From: Trueperaceae bacterium
GTDB lineage: Bacteria; Deinococcota; Deinococci; Deinococcales; Trueperaceae
NCBI GenBank assembly: GCA_034520945.1
Contig: JAXHNB010000005.1
Coordinates: forward strand, 192,001 to 256,000
Length of the DNA stretch: 64,000 nt
Direction: 5' to 3'
Under the pieces are notes generated by a model, which saw only the letters and a list, made by a program, of their open reading frames with translations, made no database searches and was not told the origin of the DNA. Position 1 is the first letter of the stretch. Each line of letters opens with the position of its first letter. Below are positions 22,552 through 32,777 of the stretch, one piece after another. The translations under genes and the position numbers were made by a program.

Positions 22552-22591
22552 GTCGGGGCGTCAGGCCGTCGCGGCCCGCACCCCGCTCGGC

Positions 22592-22897
22592 TCAGTCGGA
22601 GCCGTCCGCACGCTGCGCCGCCGAATGTTTGCGCATCTGTCCGACCGGGTTGGCGACGGCGTGCCGCGCGGCGGCCCAGGCCTTCTTCCGTTCGCGCTCG
22701 TCGGGATCCAGCTCGTCGTCACGGAGGTCGGCGCAGCGGGCGACCTCGTCCTCGTTGGCGGCGAGCACCATGTTCAGGACCGCGTGGAGGGAATCGCGGA
22801 CGGCCAACCCTTCGCGGAGCATGTCCTGCATCTCCAGCACGCGGTCGACCAGTTCGGCGTGCGTCATGGCCTCGAGTTCCGACCGGGTTCGCTGCAT
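22592..22897 (-). CDS. Hypothetical helical protein
   Basis: SD GGAGG before ATG; amphipathic sequence ELVDRVLEMQDMLREGL. Confidence 0.7.
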   Translation of the reverse strand: MQRTRSELEAMTHAELVDRVLEMQDMLREGLAVRDSLHAVLNMVLAANEDEVARCADLRDDELDPDERERKKAWAAARHAVANPVGQMRKHSAAQRADGSD

Positions 22898-22959
22898 GCG
22901 GCCTCCGGCGGTCACTCTACACGCTCGGGTGCCGGCCGGTCGCCCGGGTATGGTGCGTC

Positions 22960-24321
22960 ATGTTCCGAACGCCTGGCGCAACGCCCGCCAACCCGACCCT
23001 GACCGAGCTGGCGGCCGCCTACCGCGAGGGGCGCACCACCCCCGGCGAGGCGACCGAGGCCTACCTGGCGAGGATCGAGCCCGGACCGGTGTTCCGCACA
23101 CTCACGGCGGAGCGGGCCCGGGCGCAGGCGCGTCGCGCCGAGCGCGCCTTCGAAGCCGGCGTCGACCTCGGCCCCCTGCAGGGCATCCCGTTGGCGGTGA
23201 AGGACCTGCTGGACATGGAAGGGGAGGTGAGCGCCGCCGGCTCGGCCGCGCTGCTGGCCGCCGGCCGCGTCGCGGAAACGGACGCGCCGCTGATCGCCCG
23301 CCTGGACGAGGCCGGCGCGGTGTTCCTGGGGCGGACCCAGATGACCGAGCTCGCCTTCTCCGGCTTGGGCCTCAATCCGCACTTCGGTACGCCGGGCTGC
23401 GTGGCCGACCCGGCACGGGTACCCGGCGGGTCCTCCTCCGGATCGTCGGTGGCGGTGGCGTCCGGCATGGCCTGCGCGGCGCTGGGCTCCGACACCGGGG
23501 GGTCGGTACGGATCCCCGCCGCGTTCCAGGGGTTGGTGGGCCTGAAGACGACCGACCGGGACCTCCCGACCGAGGGGGTGGTGCCGCTGTCCACGACCCT
23601 GGACACGGTGGGGCCCATCGCCCGCACCCCCGAGGACGCCTGGCACCTGTGGCGCGCCATGAAGGCGTGGGGGCCCGAGCCGCCCCCCGCCGCACCGGGG
23701 GCGCTCACGCTATGGGCGCCGCCGACGGTACTGCAGGAGGGGCTCGATCCGGAGGTGGCGCGCGCGTTCGATGCGGCCACGGCGTCGCTGGAGGCGGCCG
23801 GTCATACGGTGATCCGGGACGAGCTGCCTGCGCTGCGCGAGTTGCACGAGCTGTACGGGCGGTACGGCAGCTTTGCCGCGTACGAGGCGCTGGCGATGTA
23901 CGAGGACCTTCTCGAGCAGGAAGGCGTCCGCGTGGATCCGCGCGTGTCGAGCCGCATCCTGGCGGTGCGAGGCCGGCCCGCGACCGACTACCTGCGCCTG
24001 GGCTACGCCCGGACCCGCTTGGCGCGGACCTTCTGGGACGAGGCGCGGCGCGCGGACGCCGTGATCGCTCCGACCGTGCAGGTCCAACCGCCCTACCGGG
24101 CGCCGCTCGAGCGGAGCGACGAGGCGTACGTCCGCGCCAACGCGGCCGTGCTGCGCAACACCACCGTGTTCAACCTGGCATCGGGTCCCGCGGTGCAGGT
24201 GCCGATCGGACGCTGCGAGGCGGGGCTCCCGGTGGGCGGCATGGTCGCGGCGCCGCCCGGACGGGAAGCGCAGGTGCTGGCGGTGGCGACGCGCTGGCAG
24301 GAGGCGCTGGCGGACGGGTAG
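22960..24321 (+). CDS. Amidase signature family protein
   Basis: VKDL, PGGSSSGS, GSDTGGSVRIPA. Confidence 0.92.
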   Translation: MFRTPGATPANPTLTELAAAYREGRTTPGEATEAYLARIEPGPVFRTLTAERARAQARRAERAFEAGVDLGPLQGIPLAVKDLLDMEGEVSAAGSAALLAAGRVAETDAPLIARLDEAGAVFLGRTQMTELAFSGLGLNPHFGTPGCVADPARVPGGSSSGSSVAVASGMACAALGSDTGGSVRIPAAFQGLVGLKTTDRDLPTEGVVPLSTTLDTVGPIARTPEDAWHLWRAMKAWGPEPPPAAPGALTLWAPPTVLQEGLDPEVARAFDAATASLEAAGHTVIRDELPALRELHELYGRYGSFAAYEALAMYEDLLEQEGVRVDPRVSSRILAVRGRPATDYLRLGYARTRLARTFWDEARRADAVIAPTVQVQPPYRAPLERSDEAYVRANAAVLRNTTVFNLASGPAVQVPIGRCEAGLPVGGMVAAPPGREAQVLAVATRWQEALADG

Positions 24322-24330
24322 GGCTGCGCG

Positions 24331-25236
24331 TCAGGTACCACCGCCCGGCTCGGCCGCAGCGGCCGGCGCGCGCAGCGCCCGGCCGGCCAGGAGGCCGAAC
24401 GCGGTGGCCATGCTGCTGGCGTACTTGACCAGCACGTCGGTCGTGATCACCTGACCCATCCATGAAAGCGTCGCGAACGGGGCCCCGGCGAAGGCCAGCA
24501 CCGTGAACAGGATCGTGTCCAACGGGGCGGAGACGGCGTTCGAGGAGGCGACCCGTGCCAGCCACGGGTGGCGCAGCATGCGCTGGTAGATCTCCGTGTC
24601 CGCGCTCTCGGAGGCCACGATCGCCAGGAACCCCACCGCCACGTACCGCAGGGGGGTGCCGACCGTCAATGCAGCGGCGACGTTGGCCACCGCCGCCAAC
24701 ACGATCATGCGGTACACCACCGCGCGTCCGAAGCGGTGCACGCGGTCGCGCTGCGTGAAGGTCACCCCGAAGAACAACGTGCCCACGTTCACCAGGAACC
24801 AGTCGCCGAGGGGAAGGAAGGCGTCGAAGGTGTAGTTGGCCAGCAGCGTGGAGGCCGTGTACACGCTGATCGCCCCCCACATCTCCGCCCGTCGCGCTGA
24901 CGGCAGGGCGAGGAGCAGGCCCGACGCCAGCGCCACGCCGGGCGCCGCCAGGTCCCGTGCGGGCAGGAGCGTGACGCCAAGGAGCAGGCAGACCGCCGCG
25001 CCCGACGCCAGCGTGACGGCGCCGAGGCGGCCTTGGCGGCGTAGCGGACCCGCCAGCGCGTCGCCGAACAGCGCGCCGAAGAACGCCAATTCGGCCCACG
25101 GAAGCCTGTCCGCTGGGTCCTGACCGAAGCCGGCCATCCAACGCAAGGCGCTCACGCCGAGCAGGATCAGGGGCGGCAGCAATGCCAGCCGCGACCATTC
25201 CAGCGACCGGCCGAATCGAGCGAAACGATGCGTCAT
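24331..25236 (-). CDS. VUT/YhhQ-family queuosine precursor transporter with extra N-terminal TM segment
   Basis: [41 protein letters not shown]. Confidence 0.8.
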   Translation of the reverse strand: MTHRFARFGRSLEWSRLALLPPLILLGVSALRWMAGFGQDPADRLPWAELAFFGALFGDALAGPLRRQGRLGAVTLASGAAVCLLLGVTLLPARDLAAPGVALASGLLLALPSARRAEMWGAISVYTASTLLANYTFDAFLPLGDWFLVNVGTLFFGVTFTQRDRVHRFGRAVVYRMIVLAAVANVAAALTVGTPLRYVAVGFLAIVASESADTEIYQRMLRHPWLARVASSNAVSAPLDTILFTVLAFAGAPFATLSWMGQVITTDVLVKYASSMATAFGLLAGRALRAPAAAAEPGGGT

Positions 25237-25310
25237 CGCACCCTCCGGGGTGGCGCCCGGACGTGGCCCGGACCGTTCCGGGCGGGCCTCTCCGGATTCG
25301 AATCGGGAAC

Positions 25311-25334
25311 GCCCCCCGGACGGATCCGGGGGGC
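25311..25334 (-). terminator. Stem-loop after tRNA-Pro
   Basis: GCCCCCCGGA-CGGA-TCCGGGGGGC; weak U-tract. Confidence 0.6.
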
Positions 25335-25339
25335 GGCTG

Positions 25340-25416
<77 letters not shown>

Positions 25417-25453
25417 GTGCAGCGCACGATGCTACCAGCGTAGGTCGGGCCGG

Positions 25454-25975
25454 TCAAGGCGGATCGTCGTCCGCGTCCGGGGGCAACGCGGCCTCGACGG
25501 CCCGCTGCACCACGTCGCCGTCGAACCCGCGTCGCGTCAGGAAACCCGCCGCCTTGGCGCGGTCCTTGCGACGGTCGCCGCTGGCGAAGCGCCACGCGTG
25601 CTTTCGCAGCACGGCAGTGGCGGCCTCGTTTTGCTGCGCGTCGTCGAGGGGCGCCAGCGCGGCGGCGCGCGCCTCCTCCGCCACGCCGCGTCGCGCCATG
25701 TCCCGTTCCAACGCCCGCCGGCCCTTGCGGTGCGCGTGGGCCCGGACGAACGCCTCGGCGACCCGCCCGTCGTCGAGGAGGTCCAGTTCGGCCAGGCGCG
25801 CCAGGGCTGCCTCAGCGACGCCCGCCGGGACGCCCTTCCGGGCCAGGCGACCGTGCAGCTCGGCGCGCGCGTAGTCGCGCCGTGCCAACAACGACAGCAG
25901 GTAGCGGACCGCGCGCCCTTCGTCCCAGTCCCGGCCGCGGCGACGATCGTCCTTCCTGGTGGCGCTGGGCGTCAC
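25454..25975 (-). CDS. recX: Regulatory protein RecX
   Basis: LLARRDYARAEL, LLDDGRVAEAFV, FLTRRGF; GTG coupled to the upstream stop. Confidence 0.85.
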   Translation of the reverse strand: MTPSATRKDDRRRGRDWDEGRAVRYLLSLLARRDYARAELHGRLARKGVPAGVAEAALARLAELDLLDDGRVAEAFVRAHAHRKGRRALERDMARRGVAEEARAAALAPLDDAQQNEAATAVLRKHAWRFASGDRRKDRAKAAGFLTRRGFDGDVVQRAVEAALPPDADDDPP

Positions 25976-27150
25976 CGCAGCACCGAGCTGGGGTCCAGGC
26001 CCGCCGCGCGGCGCGCCGGCAACAGGCCGGCCAAGGCGCTGGTCGTCAGCGACAGGGCGCACACCCAGGCCACGTCGAACGCTTGGACCTGGACGGGCAG
26101 CTGGGTGATGAAGTACAGGTCTCCGGGCAGCGGGAACGGTTGCAGGCGGAAGTAGGTGCTGGCCGCCACGCCGAGGGCGGTGCCCAACAGGGTGCCCGCC
26201 CCGCCCAGGATGGCGCCCTCCAGCGCGAAGGTGGCGAGGACCTGAGCTTGGCTGGCGCCCATGGCGCGCAGCACGGCGATCTCGGCGGTCTTCTCGCTGA
26301 CCGTCAACACCAGGACGTTGGCGATGCCCATCGCGGCGACCAGCACGATCAGGAACACCACCACCGAAATGACCGCCTTCTGCAGGCGCAGCTGCGAGAC
26401 GAGCCCCCCGAACACCGAGCTCCATGCCGTCGAGCGCAGGCCGGTGGCGTCCGCCAACGCCAGCCCCACCGATTCGGCCTGCTCGGGATCCGTGATGCGC
26501 ACGTGGTAGCCGCTGATCTCGTTCTCGGCGTTCAGGTAGTCCTGCACGGCCTGCAACGAGGCGTAGGAGGCCACCCCGTCGATGAGCTCGTTGCCGACGC
26601 GGAAGCTGCCCAGGACCTCCAGCTGCCGCCGGTGGCCGCGGATGTCCTGGATCATCACCGAGTCGCCCTCCAGCACGCCCAGCTGCAGGGCGAGGGTGCC
26701 GCCCAGCAGCACCCCGTCCCGCGCTTCCAAGGTGGTGGCGGCGTCCTGGAGGGCGGGGAGGGACAACACCTCCACCTCGCGCGCGGGATCGATGCCGAGC
26801 AGCTGCGTGTACCCCTGTCGCCCTGAGACGCCCAGGCTGGCGTCGGCCCGGCGCGCGATCAACGCCTCGACCGCCAGGAACGGCGCCACCGCGACCACGC
26901 CGGGGTGCTCCGCGATGCGCGCCTGGGCGCCTGCGTCCTGCGGCATGCGGCCGCCCGAGGCGTAGGTCCGGAGCGTCACGTGCGGGGTGGCGCGCAAGGT
27001 GCTGCTGAGCAGCTCGTCGATGAATCCGTTGGTGAGGGAGAGGGCGAGGATCAACACACCCACGCCGACCGCTACGCCGGCGATGGTCAGCACCGTTTGC
27101 AACAGCCGCCGGCGCACGTGCGCCAAGGCGAGGTAGAGGGGAAGCGGCAC
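25972..27150 (-). CDS. ABC transporter permease, LolC/E (FtsX-like) family
   Basis: TIAGVAVGV, EKTAEIAVLRAMGA, YFITQLP, PARRAAGLDP. Confidence 0.9.
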   Translation of the reverse strand: MPLPLYLALAHVRRRLLQTVLTIAGVAVGVGVLILALSLTNGFIDELLSSTLRATPHVTLRTYASGGRMPQDAGAQARIAEHPGVVAVAPFLAVEALIARRADASLGVSGRQGYTQLLGIDPAREVEVLSLPALQDAATTLEARDGVLLGGTLALQLGVLEGDSVMIQDIRGHRRQLEVLGSFRVGNELIDGVASYASLQAVQDYLNAENEISGYHVRITDPEQAESVGLALADATGLRSTAWSSVFGGLVSQLRLQKAVISVVVFLIVLVAAMGIANVLVLTVSEKTAEIAVLRAMGASQAQVLATFALEGAILGGAGTLLGTALGVAASTYFRLQPFPLPGDLYFITQLPVQVQAFDVAWVCALSLTTSALAGLLPARRAAGLDPSSVLR

Positions 27151-27256
27151 GCCCTGGAGTGTACCGCGCGCCCACCCGTCGCCCGGTCGCCGTTCATGAC
27201 GCCGGACGGGCGAAGCTCGGCGCCGGCCGTGCCCCCCCGCACGGGGGCCGAGGGGT

Positions 27257-27877
27257 TCAGTGCACGGACGCTGCCAGGACGGGGCGACCTTCGAACGACG
27301 GCGACGCGGCGTCGGGATCCAAATGGGGACCGTCGTAGCCGTAGCGGACGACCTCGACCTCGACCTCGCGCACGCCCCAGTTCACGGCGCTGGCGTGGTC
27401 GCCGAACCACACGTCGACCTGCTCGTGCTTGCGGGGGTGCATGGTGTCCTCGACGACGAAGATGCCTTGCGCGTCCAGGACCTGTTGGAAGTGCCCCTCG
27501 CCCCCGCCGCCGTGGTAGCCGCCCAGGTCGCGGAGGCGCACCAGCGAGCCGTAGGGAAGCTCGCCTTGCAGAAGGTCACGGCTGGCGGCCAGCACGCCGA
27601 AGCGTGTGCGCGTGCCGGTGGCCGTGACGTGAGGCGCGCTGTCGGTCTGGGCGACGTGCGAGTTGTAGCCCGTCGCGCGCAACCGCATCGTCGGGTTGGC
27701 GACCGGGCCGAGCGTCTCCGCCGGCGGCGCCAGCGACGGGCGGGGTTCGTCCAGGACGACGACACGCGGCTCGACGTCGAGCCGCGTCATCTCGCCGCGG
27801 TCGGCACCGTACGCAGCGATGAGTAGGGCAACGACCAGGCCTAGCGCGCAGAACTTGGTTGCGACGTGCAGGGCCAT
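27257..27877 (-). CDS. 3D domain protein (cell-wall lytic-type)
   Basis: ATGYNSHVAQTD, AASRDLL, VEDTMHPRK, VDVWF; N-terminal hydrophobic anchor. Confidence 0.8.
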   Translation of the reverse strand: MALHVATKFCALGLVVALLIAAYGADRGEMTRLDVEPRVVVLDEPRPSLAPPAETLGPVANPTMRLRATGYNSHVAQTDSAPHVTATGTRTRFGVLAASRDLLQGELPYGSLVRLRDLGGYHGGGGEGHFQQVLDAQGIFVVEDTMHPRKHEQVDVWFGDHASAVNWGVREVEVEVVRYGYDGPHLDPDAASPSFEGRPVLAASVH

Positions 27878-28024
27878 CGCCACCTCCAGGACCTTCGAGA
27901 CTAGCACTCGGCCCGAGAGAGTGATCGTTCGCGGGCGACAGGACCTACGGAATCGTCGTCCAGGACGGAGTGCGGCACCGTTCCCCCTGCCGCTGTGCCC
28001 GCCCCGCCGGGTACCATGGCCGAT

Positions 28025-29298
28025 ATGGAGCCGCAGATCGGGTTCGAACCGCTGGCCGAGGACGGCCGCGCGCGCCTGGGACGCCTCGGCACCGCGCACG
28101 GCACGGTCCTGACCCCGGCGTTCGTGGCGGTCGCCACGCGCGCCAGCGTGAAGAGCGTGCCGCCGGACGCGGCGCGGGCGGCCGGCACCCAGCTGCTGTT
28201 CGCGAACACGTACCACCTCTACCTGCGGCCCGGGGCCGAGGTGGTGGCCGCGCACGGCGGACTGCACCGCTTCATGAACTGGGACGGGCCGATCCTGACC
28301 GACTCGGGGGGGTTCCAGGTGTTCTCGCTCGGGGCGGGCCTGGAGCACGGCGTCGGCAAGATCGCCAGCATCTTTCCCGGCGAGGGCCCCGGCCCCGGCC
28401 AGGCGCGGGCGGGCGAGGGGATGGTGCGGATCGAGGAGGCGGGGGTGACGTTCAGGAGCCACGTCGACGGCAGCCGGCACGTCTTCACGCCCGAACGCGC
28501 TCGATCGAGGTGCAGCGGGCGCTGGGGGCCGACGTGACGCTGGCGTTCGACGAGTGCACCAGCCCCCTGCACGACGAGGCCTACACCGAAGCCAGCGCGG
28601 AGCGGACGCACCGCTGGGCGGCGCGCTCGCTGGAGGCGTTCCGGGCGCGACCGGCCCGCCACGGCTACCCCCAGGCGCTGTTCGGGATCGTGCAGGGGGG
28701 CGCGTTCGAGCGGGTGCGGGTCCGATCGGCCCGCGTGATCGGGGGCATGGGATTCGACGGCTTCGCGATCGGCGGCAATCTGGGCGACACCCACGCGGCG
28801 ATGCACCGCGTGTTGGACTGGACCGTGCCCGAACTGCCCGGCGGCGCGGCGCGTCACCTGCTGGGCATCGGCGACGTGCGCAACGTGTTCGAGGCGGTCG
28901 CGCGCGGCATCGACACCTTCGACTGCGTCGCGCCCACCCGGAACGCCCGCAACGGCGGGGTGCTGGCGCGCTTCGACGACGACGGGCGGCCGCTGACCGC
29001 GTTTCGCCGCAACCTCAAGAACGCGCGTTTCGCGGAGGACGTTCGGCCGATCGATCCGTCGTGCGACTGCCAGGCGTGCCGGCACTACTCCCGCGCCTAC
29101 CTGCGGCACCTGCTCAAGGCCGGTGAGCAGCTCGGGCAGCAGCTCGCGACGCTCCACAACCTCCGGTTCATGGCCCGGATGATGGAGGAGATCCGCACGT
29201 CCATCAGTGCGGGACGGTTTCATGACACCATGCGGGCGTGGCTCGAGCCGGCCTCCGAGGAGGCCCGCCGCGCCGCCGTGAAGGAGGGTCGGACGTGA
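28025..29298 (+). pseudogene. tgt: tRNA-guanine transglycosylase, frameshifted by a 2-nt GC insertion at 28499-28500 (pseudogene or sequencing error)
   Basis: NTYHL and [11 protein letters not shown] in one frame; FDECT, GIVQGG, DCVAPTRNARNG and CDCQAC Zn site in another. Confidence 0.85.
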
Positions 29299-29513
29299 AC
29301 CTGATTTCGGTCGTGATCGGCGTCGTTGCGCTCATGGGGGCGCTGGTCGGCTTCGTGCCGTTGCTGGGGTGGTTGAACTGGTTCGTGATCCCCGTCGCCG
29401 TGGTCGGCCTGGTGGTGGGCCTGCTGGCGCGCGAGCGGGCGGGACGCAACGTGAACGTGGTCGTGCTGGCGCTGGCGGTGGCCCGCCTGGCGATCGGCGG
29501 TGGCGTGGTCTAG
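29295..29513 (+). CDS. Small membrane protein
   Basis: Hydrophobic, PLLGWLNWF motif; SD AAGGAGG; GTGA coupling to tgt. Confidence 0.75.
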   Translation: MNLISVVIGVVALMGALVGFVPLLGWLNWFVIPVAVVGLVVGLLARERAGRNVNVVVLALAVARLAIGGGVV

Positions 29514-29535
29514 GCCCGCGCCGGGTCGGCCTGCG

Positions 29536-30123
29536 TCACTGCAGGTGCTCGATCAGGTCGATGCGGGTGCCGTCCTGCGTCACGAAGCGGACCACGCCGA
29601 CGGTCGGCACGAAGTACACGTCCAGCGCCGTCCGCCCCCCGCTGCTGGTCAGCGTGGTCTGTCGCAACCGCAGGGCGTTGAAGCGCCCGGCGGGCGTTTC
29701 GATGCCCTGCACGCCCAACACCTCTGCGGCCAGGGTGATGTCCACCCCGTTCACCTGGGTGGTGCTCTCCCAGGTGTCGCCCGGTTCGAGGGGCGAGGGG
29801 GGATAGACGATCAGCGGCGGATCGTACGCCATGATCTCGCCCCCCGCCGCGGTGCCGTGGCTCCGCACGCCGTCGCCGAACGAGAGGTACTCCTCGCTCA
29901 CCGGCACGCCCTGGTAGGCGTGCGTCAGCACGATGCGGGAATCGCCCAGCACCTCGCGGGGGCCGCCGAGCGTCTGGGTCTCGCCGTTGGAGTAGGTCCA
30001 GCTGACGCCGGGCGTGTCGGGATAGTACGACCCCTGCGCGGCCGCAAGCCCCCCCGCGAGGAGGAGGCAGGCCGCCAAGCATCGAAGGAGGACCCCCACG
30101 GCGCGGCGGGTGGCGATGCTCAC
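29536..30123 (-). CDS. Secreted beta-rich hypothetical protein
   Basis: Signal peptide; TPAGRF and FVPTVGVVRF; coupled to proC. Confidence 0.75.
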   Translation of the reverse strand: MSIATRRAVGVLLRCLAACLLLAGGLAAAQGSYYPDTPGVSWTYSNGETQTLGGPREVLGDSRIVLTHAYQGVPVSEEYLSFGDGVRSHGTAAGGEIMAYDPPLIVYPPSPLEPGDTWESTTQVNGVDITLAAEVLGVQGIETPAGRFNALRLRQTTLTSSGGRTALDVYFVPTVGVVRFVTQDGTRIDLIEHLQ

Positions 30124-30914
30124 GCGTCGTCGTCCTCGCGGGACAGCTCGTGCGCCCGCGAGGCCGCCTCCTCGACGGCGCGCATCACCGCGTAGCGAGC
30201 GCCGTGGCGTTCCAGCGCCCGCAGGCCGGCGATGGCGGTTCCGCCGGCGGAGGCGACCTCGTCCTTCAGGTCGGCGGGCCGGTCCTCCTCCAGCAGCGTC
30301 GCGGTCGCCAGCAGGACCTGACGCGCCAACTCGCGCGCCGTGGCGCGCCCGAACCCCGCCCGCACGCCGCCGTCCGCCAGCGACTCCGCGAACACCGCCG
30401 TGAAGGCCGGACCGGAGCCGGCCAGGCCGGTAAAGGCGTCGAACAACGACTCGGGGACGGTGTGCACCGACCCGATCGCGCCGAACAGCTCGGTGGCGAA
30501 CGCCATGTCCTCCTGGCCCGCGTCCGGCAGCCCGGCCACGGCGGTGGAGGACAGGCGCACCCGCGCGCCCAGGTTCGGCATGGCCCGGATCACGCGGCGA
30601 CTGCCGACGCGGCGGGCGATCGTCTCGGCGGGGACGCCCGCCATGATCGACAGGTAGCAGGCACTCCGGCGCGCGATCAACGGCGCCACGCGATCGAACG
30701 CCTGGGGCTTCACACCGATCAGGATCCGCTCCGCACGGCGCACCCCGTCGTCGTCCAGCGCCTCCACGCCGTAATCATGGGCCAGCGCGGCCCGGCGTTC
30801 CTCGTCCGGGTGGTAGACGCCGACCTCCTCGGCGCGCAACACGCCGGCCCGCAGGGCTCCGGTGAGCACGGCGCCGCCCATCTTGCCGGCGCCGACGATG
30901 GCCAGTTTCACCAC
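30120..30914 (-). CDS. proC: Pyrroline-5-carboxylate reductase
   Basis: GAGKMG, VKPQ, RAMPN, GSGPAF, SAGGTAIAGL. Confidence 0.93.
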   Translation of the reverse strand: MVKLAIVGAGKMGGAVLTGALRAGVLRAEEVGVYHPDEERRAALAHDYGVEALDDDGVRRAERILIGVKPQAFDRVAPLIARRSACYLSIMAGVPAETIARRVGSRRVIRAMPNLGARVRLSSTAVAGLPDAGQEDMAFATELFGAIGSVHTVPESLFDAFTGLAGSGPAFTAVFAESLADGGVRAGFGRATARELARQVLLATATLLEEDRPADLKDEVASAGGTAIAGLRALERHGARYAVMRAVEEAASRAHELSREDDDA

Positions 30915-30938
30915 GCACGGCCTCCTTCGCGGCCCATG

Positions 30939-31310
30939 CTACCGGCGCGCGCCGCCGAGGCGTGCGACCCATTCCACAAGGTTCGCGCCCAGGACGGCAC
31001 CGATCGCGTCCGCCGCCAGGTCGCCCAGCGACGGGTCCCGCCCGGGCACGTAGGACTGATGCCATTCGTCGATGGCGCCCCAGGCCGACGCCGCCACGAA
31101 CGACGCCCCGGCGCCGAGGCCGGCCAGGCGCAACAGGCCGGCCTGCACCAGGAACAACCCGACGTGCGCCGCCTTGTCCAGGTGCGGCAGCACGCCCAAG
31201 CCGGCCCCCGGCGGGTCGGGCGTGGCGGAGAGCGCCCAGATGCCCGCGGCCCACGCCACCGCCGGCACGGCGTGGAGCATGCTCACGGCGCGCCCCTGCG
31301 GTCGCTTCAC
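30939..31310 (-). CDS. VanZ family membrane protein
   Basis: DKAAH, DEWHQSYVPGR, DLAADAIG. Confidence 0.82.
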   Translation of the reverse strand: MKRPQGRAVSMLHAVPAVAWAAGIWALSATPDPPGAGLGVLPHLDKAAHVGLFLVQAGLLRLAGLGAGASFVAASAWGAIDEWHQSYVPGRDPSLGDLAADAIGAVLGANLVEWVARLGGARR

Positions 31311-31720
31311 GGGGCGGCGGGCGGTTGCACCAGCTCGATCAGCACGCCGCCCGCGGCGCGGGGATGAAGGAACGCCACCTGGCTGCCGCCGCGGCCCCGG
31401 CGGGGCGCGGGGTCGATCGCCTCCGCCCCCTCGCGCTGCAGGCGCGCCAACTCGCGCGCCACGTCGCCTACGCGGAAGGCCACGTGGTGCAGGCCGGGGC
31501 CGCGCCGGGCCAGGAAGCGCGTCAGCGGGGACGCCGCATCCAGGGGGGCCAGCAGCTCGATCAGCCCCGTGCCGCTGCGGAGCAGGCGGACCCGCACGCC
31601 CTGCTCGGGGAGCGTCTCGTCCTCCACCTCGGGGAGCCCCAGCATCCGCCAGGGCGCCGCACCCGCGTCCAGGTCGTGCACGGCCACACCGACGTGGTCG
31701 ATCGGCCACCCCGCGTTCAC
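31307..31720 (-). CDS. mce: Methylmalonyl-CoA epimerase (VOC family)
   Basis: IDHVGVAV, IELLAP, GLHHVAF, FLHPR, LIELVQ. Confidence 0.88.
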   Translation of the reverse strand: MNAGWPIDHVGVAVHDLDAGAAPWRMLGLPEVEDETLPEQGVRVRLLRSGTGLIELLAPLDAASPLTRFLARRGPGLHHVAFRVGDVARELARLQREGAEAIDPAPRRGRGGSQVAFLHPRAAGGVLIELVQPPAAP

Positions 31721-32751
31721 GGTCCGTCCTCCGCGCCGGGCCGGATGCCGATCTCGCCGCGCAGATCGGTGCCGATCCGCCTGCGGGTCTCACTGGGCGC
31801 GTGCCCCTCGGAGAGAAGCAGCATCAGCTTGGTGAGGGCCGCTTCCGGCGTCATGTCGCCGCCCGAGACCACGCCCGCCTCCGCCAGGGCGGTGCCGGTG
31901 GCGTACTGCCGCATGCGCACGCCACCCCGCAGGCACTGGCTCACGTTCACGATCACCACGCCGCGGGCGCTGGCGTCGGCCAGCACCCCCAACAGGGCCT
32001 CGTCCCGCGGGCCGTTCCCGGCGCCGTAGCTCTCCAGCACCATCCCCTCCACCGGGGCGCGCAGGACGTTTCGCAACGTGTCGGCGCCGATGCCGGGGAA
32101 CAGGCGCAGCGCCAGGACGTGCACGCCATGCAGCCGCGCCGCCCGCAACGGCGGGGTGCCGGCGGGGCGGACGCGCGCGGCGTTCACGTCGATCGTCACG
32201 CCGGCCCGGCCCAGTTCGGGCGCGTTGGGGCTCTCGAACGCGTCGAAGCCGAAGGCGGAGGTCTTGGTGGTGCGCACGGCGCGCAACAGGCGCCCGCCGA
32301 AGAACACCGTGACCTCGGGCAGGTCGTCGCGTGCGGCCAGCATCAGCGAGGTGACGAGGTTCTCGCGCGCGTCGCTGCGGGGCTCGGCCAGGGGGACCTG
32401 CGCGCCGGTGAATACCACCGGCCGCGCCAGGCCCTGCAGCAAAAAGGCGACGGCGGAGGCGCTGTACGCCATGGTGTCGGTGCCGTGCAGGACCACGAAG
32501 CCCGCCGCCTCGCCCTGGTGCGCCACCAGGGTGTCGGCGATCGTTTGCCAGTCGCGGGGGCGCGCGTCGCTGCTGTCCAGCAGGGGACCGGGCTCGATCA
32601 GCCGGAAGTCCGGCACGTCGGGATGCGCCAGCTCGGGCATCGCCTCCAACATCGACGTCAGATGCCCGGCCTCGGGCACGTACCCCTGGGGACCGCGGCG
32701 CATGCCGAGCGTGCCACCGGTGTGGACCAGCAGGACGGGCGTGTCGGCCAT
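31717..32751 (-). CDS. ansA: Type I L-asparaginase
   Basis: TGGTLGM, LLDSS, HGTDTMAY, SYGAGN, DMTPEAALTKL. Confidence 0.92.
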   Translation of the reverse strand: MADTPVLLVHTGGTLGMRRGPQGYVPEAGHLTSMLEAMPELAHPDVPDFRLIEPGPLLDSSDARPRDWQTIADTLVAHQGEAAGFVVLHGTDTMAYSASAVAFLLQGLARPVVFTGAQVPLAEPRSDARENLVTSLMLAARDDLPEVTVFFGGRLLRAVRTTKTSAFGFDAFESPNAPELGRAGVTIDVNAARVRPAGTPPLRAARLHGVHVLALRLFPGIGADTLRNVLRAPVEGMVLESYGAGNGPRDEALLGVLADASARGVVIVNVSQCLRGGVRMRQYATGTALAEAGVVSGGDMTPEAALTKLMLLLSEGHAPSETRRRIGTDLRGEIGIRPGAEDGP

Positions 32752-32777
32752 GGGCCCAGCCTACCCGCGGGCCGGGC

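Noticed and set aside
25291..25308. TTCGAATC T-loop-like sequence as an att duplication or tRNA remnant
   Set aside because: Flanks match neither the tRNA-Asn nor the tRNA-Pro 3' end, and there is no CCA
28490..28540. Programmed ribosomal frameshift in tgt
   Set aside because: No XXXYYYZ slippery site or known precedent; a 2-nt deletion restores the canonical sequence
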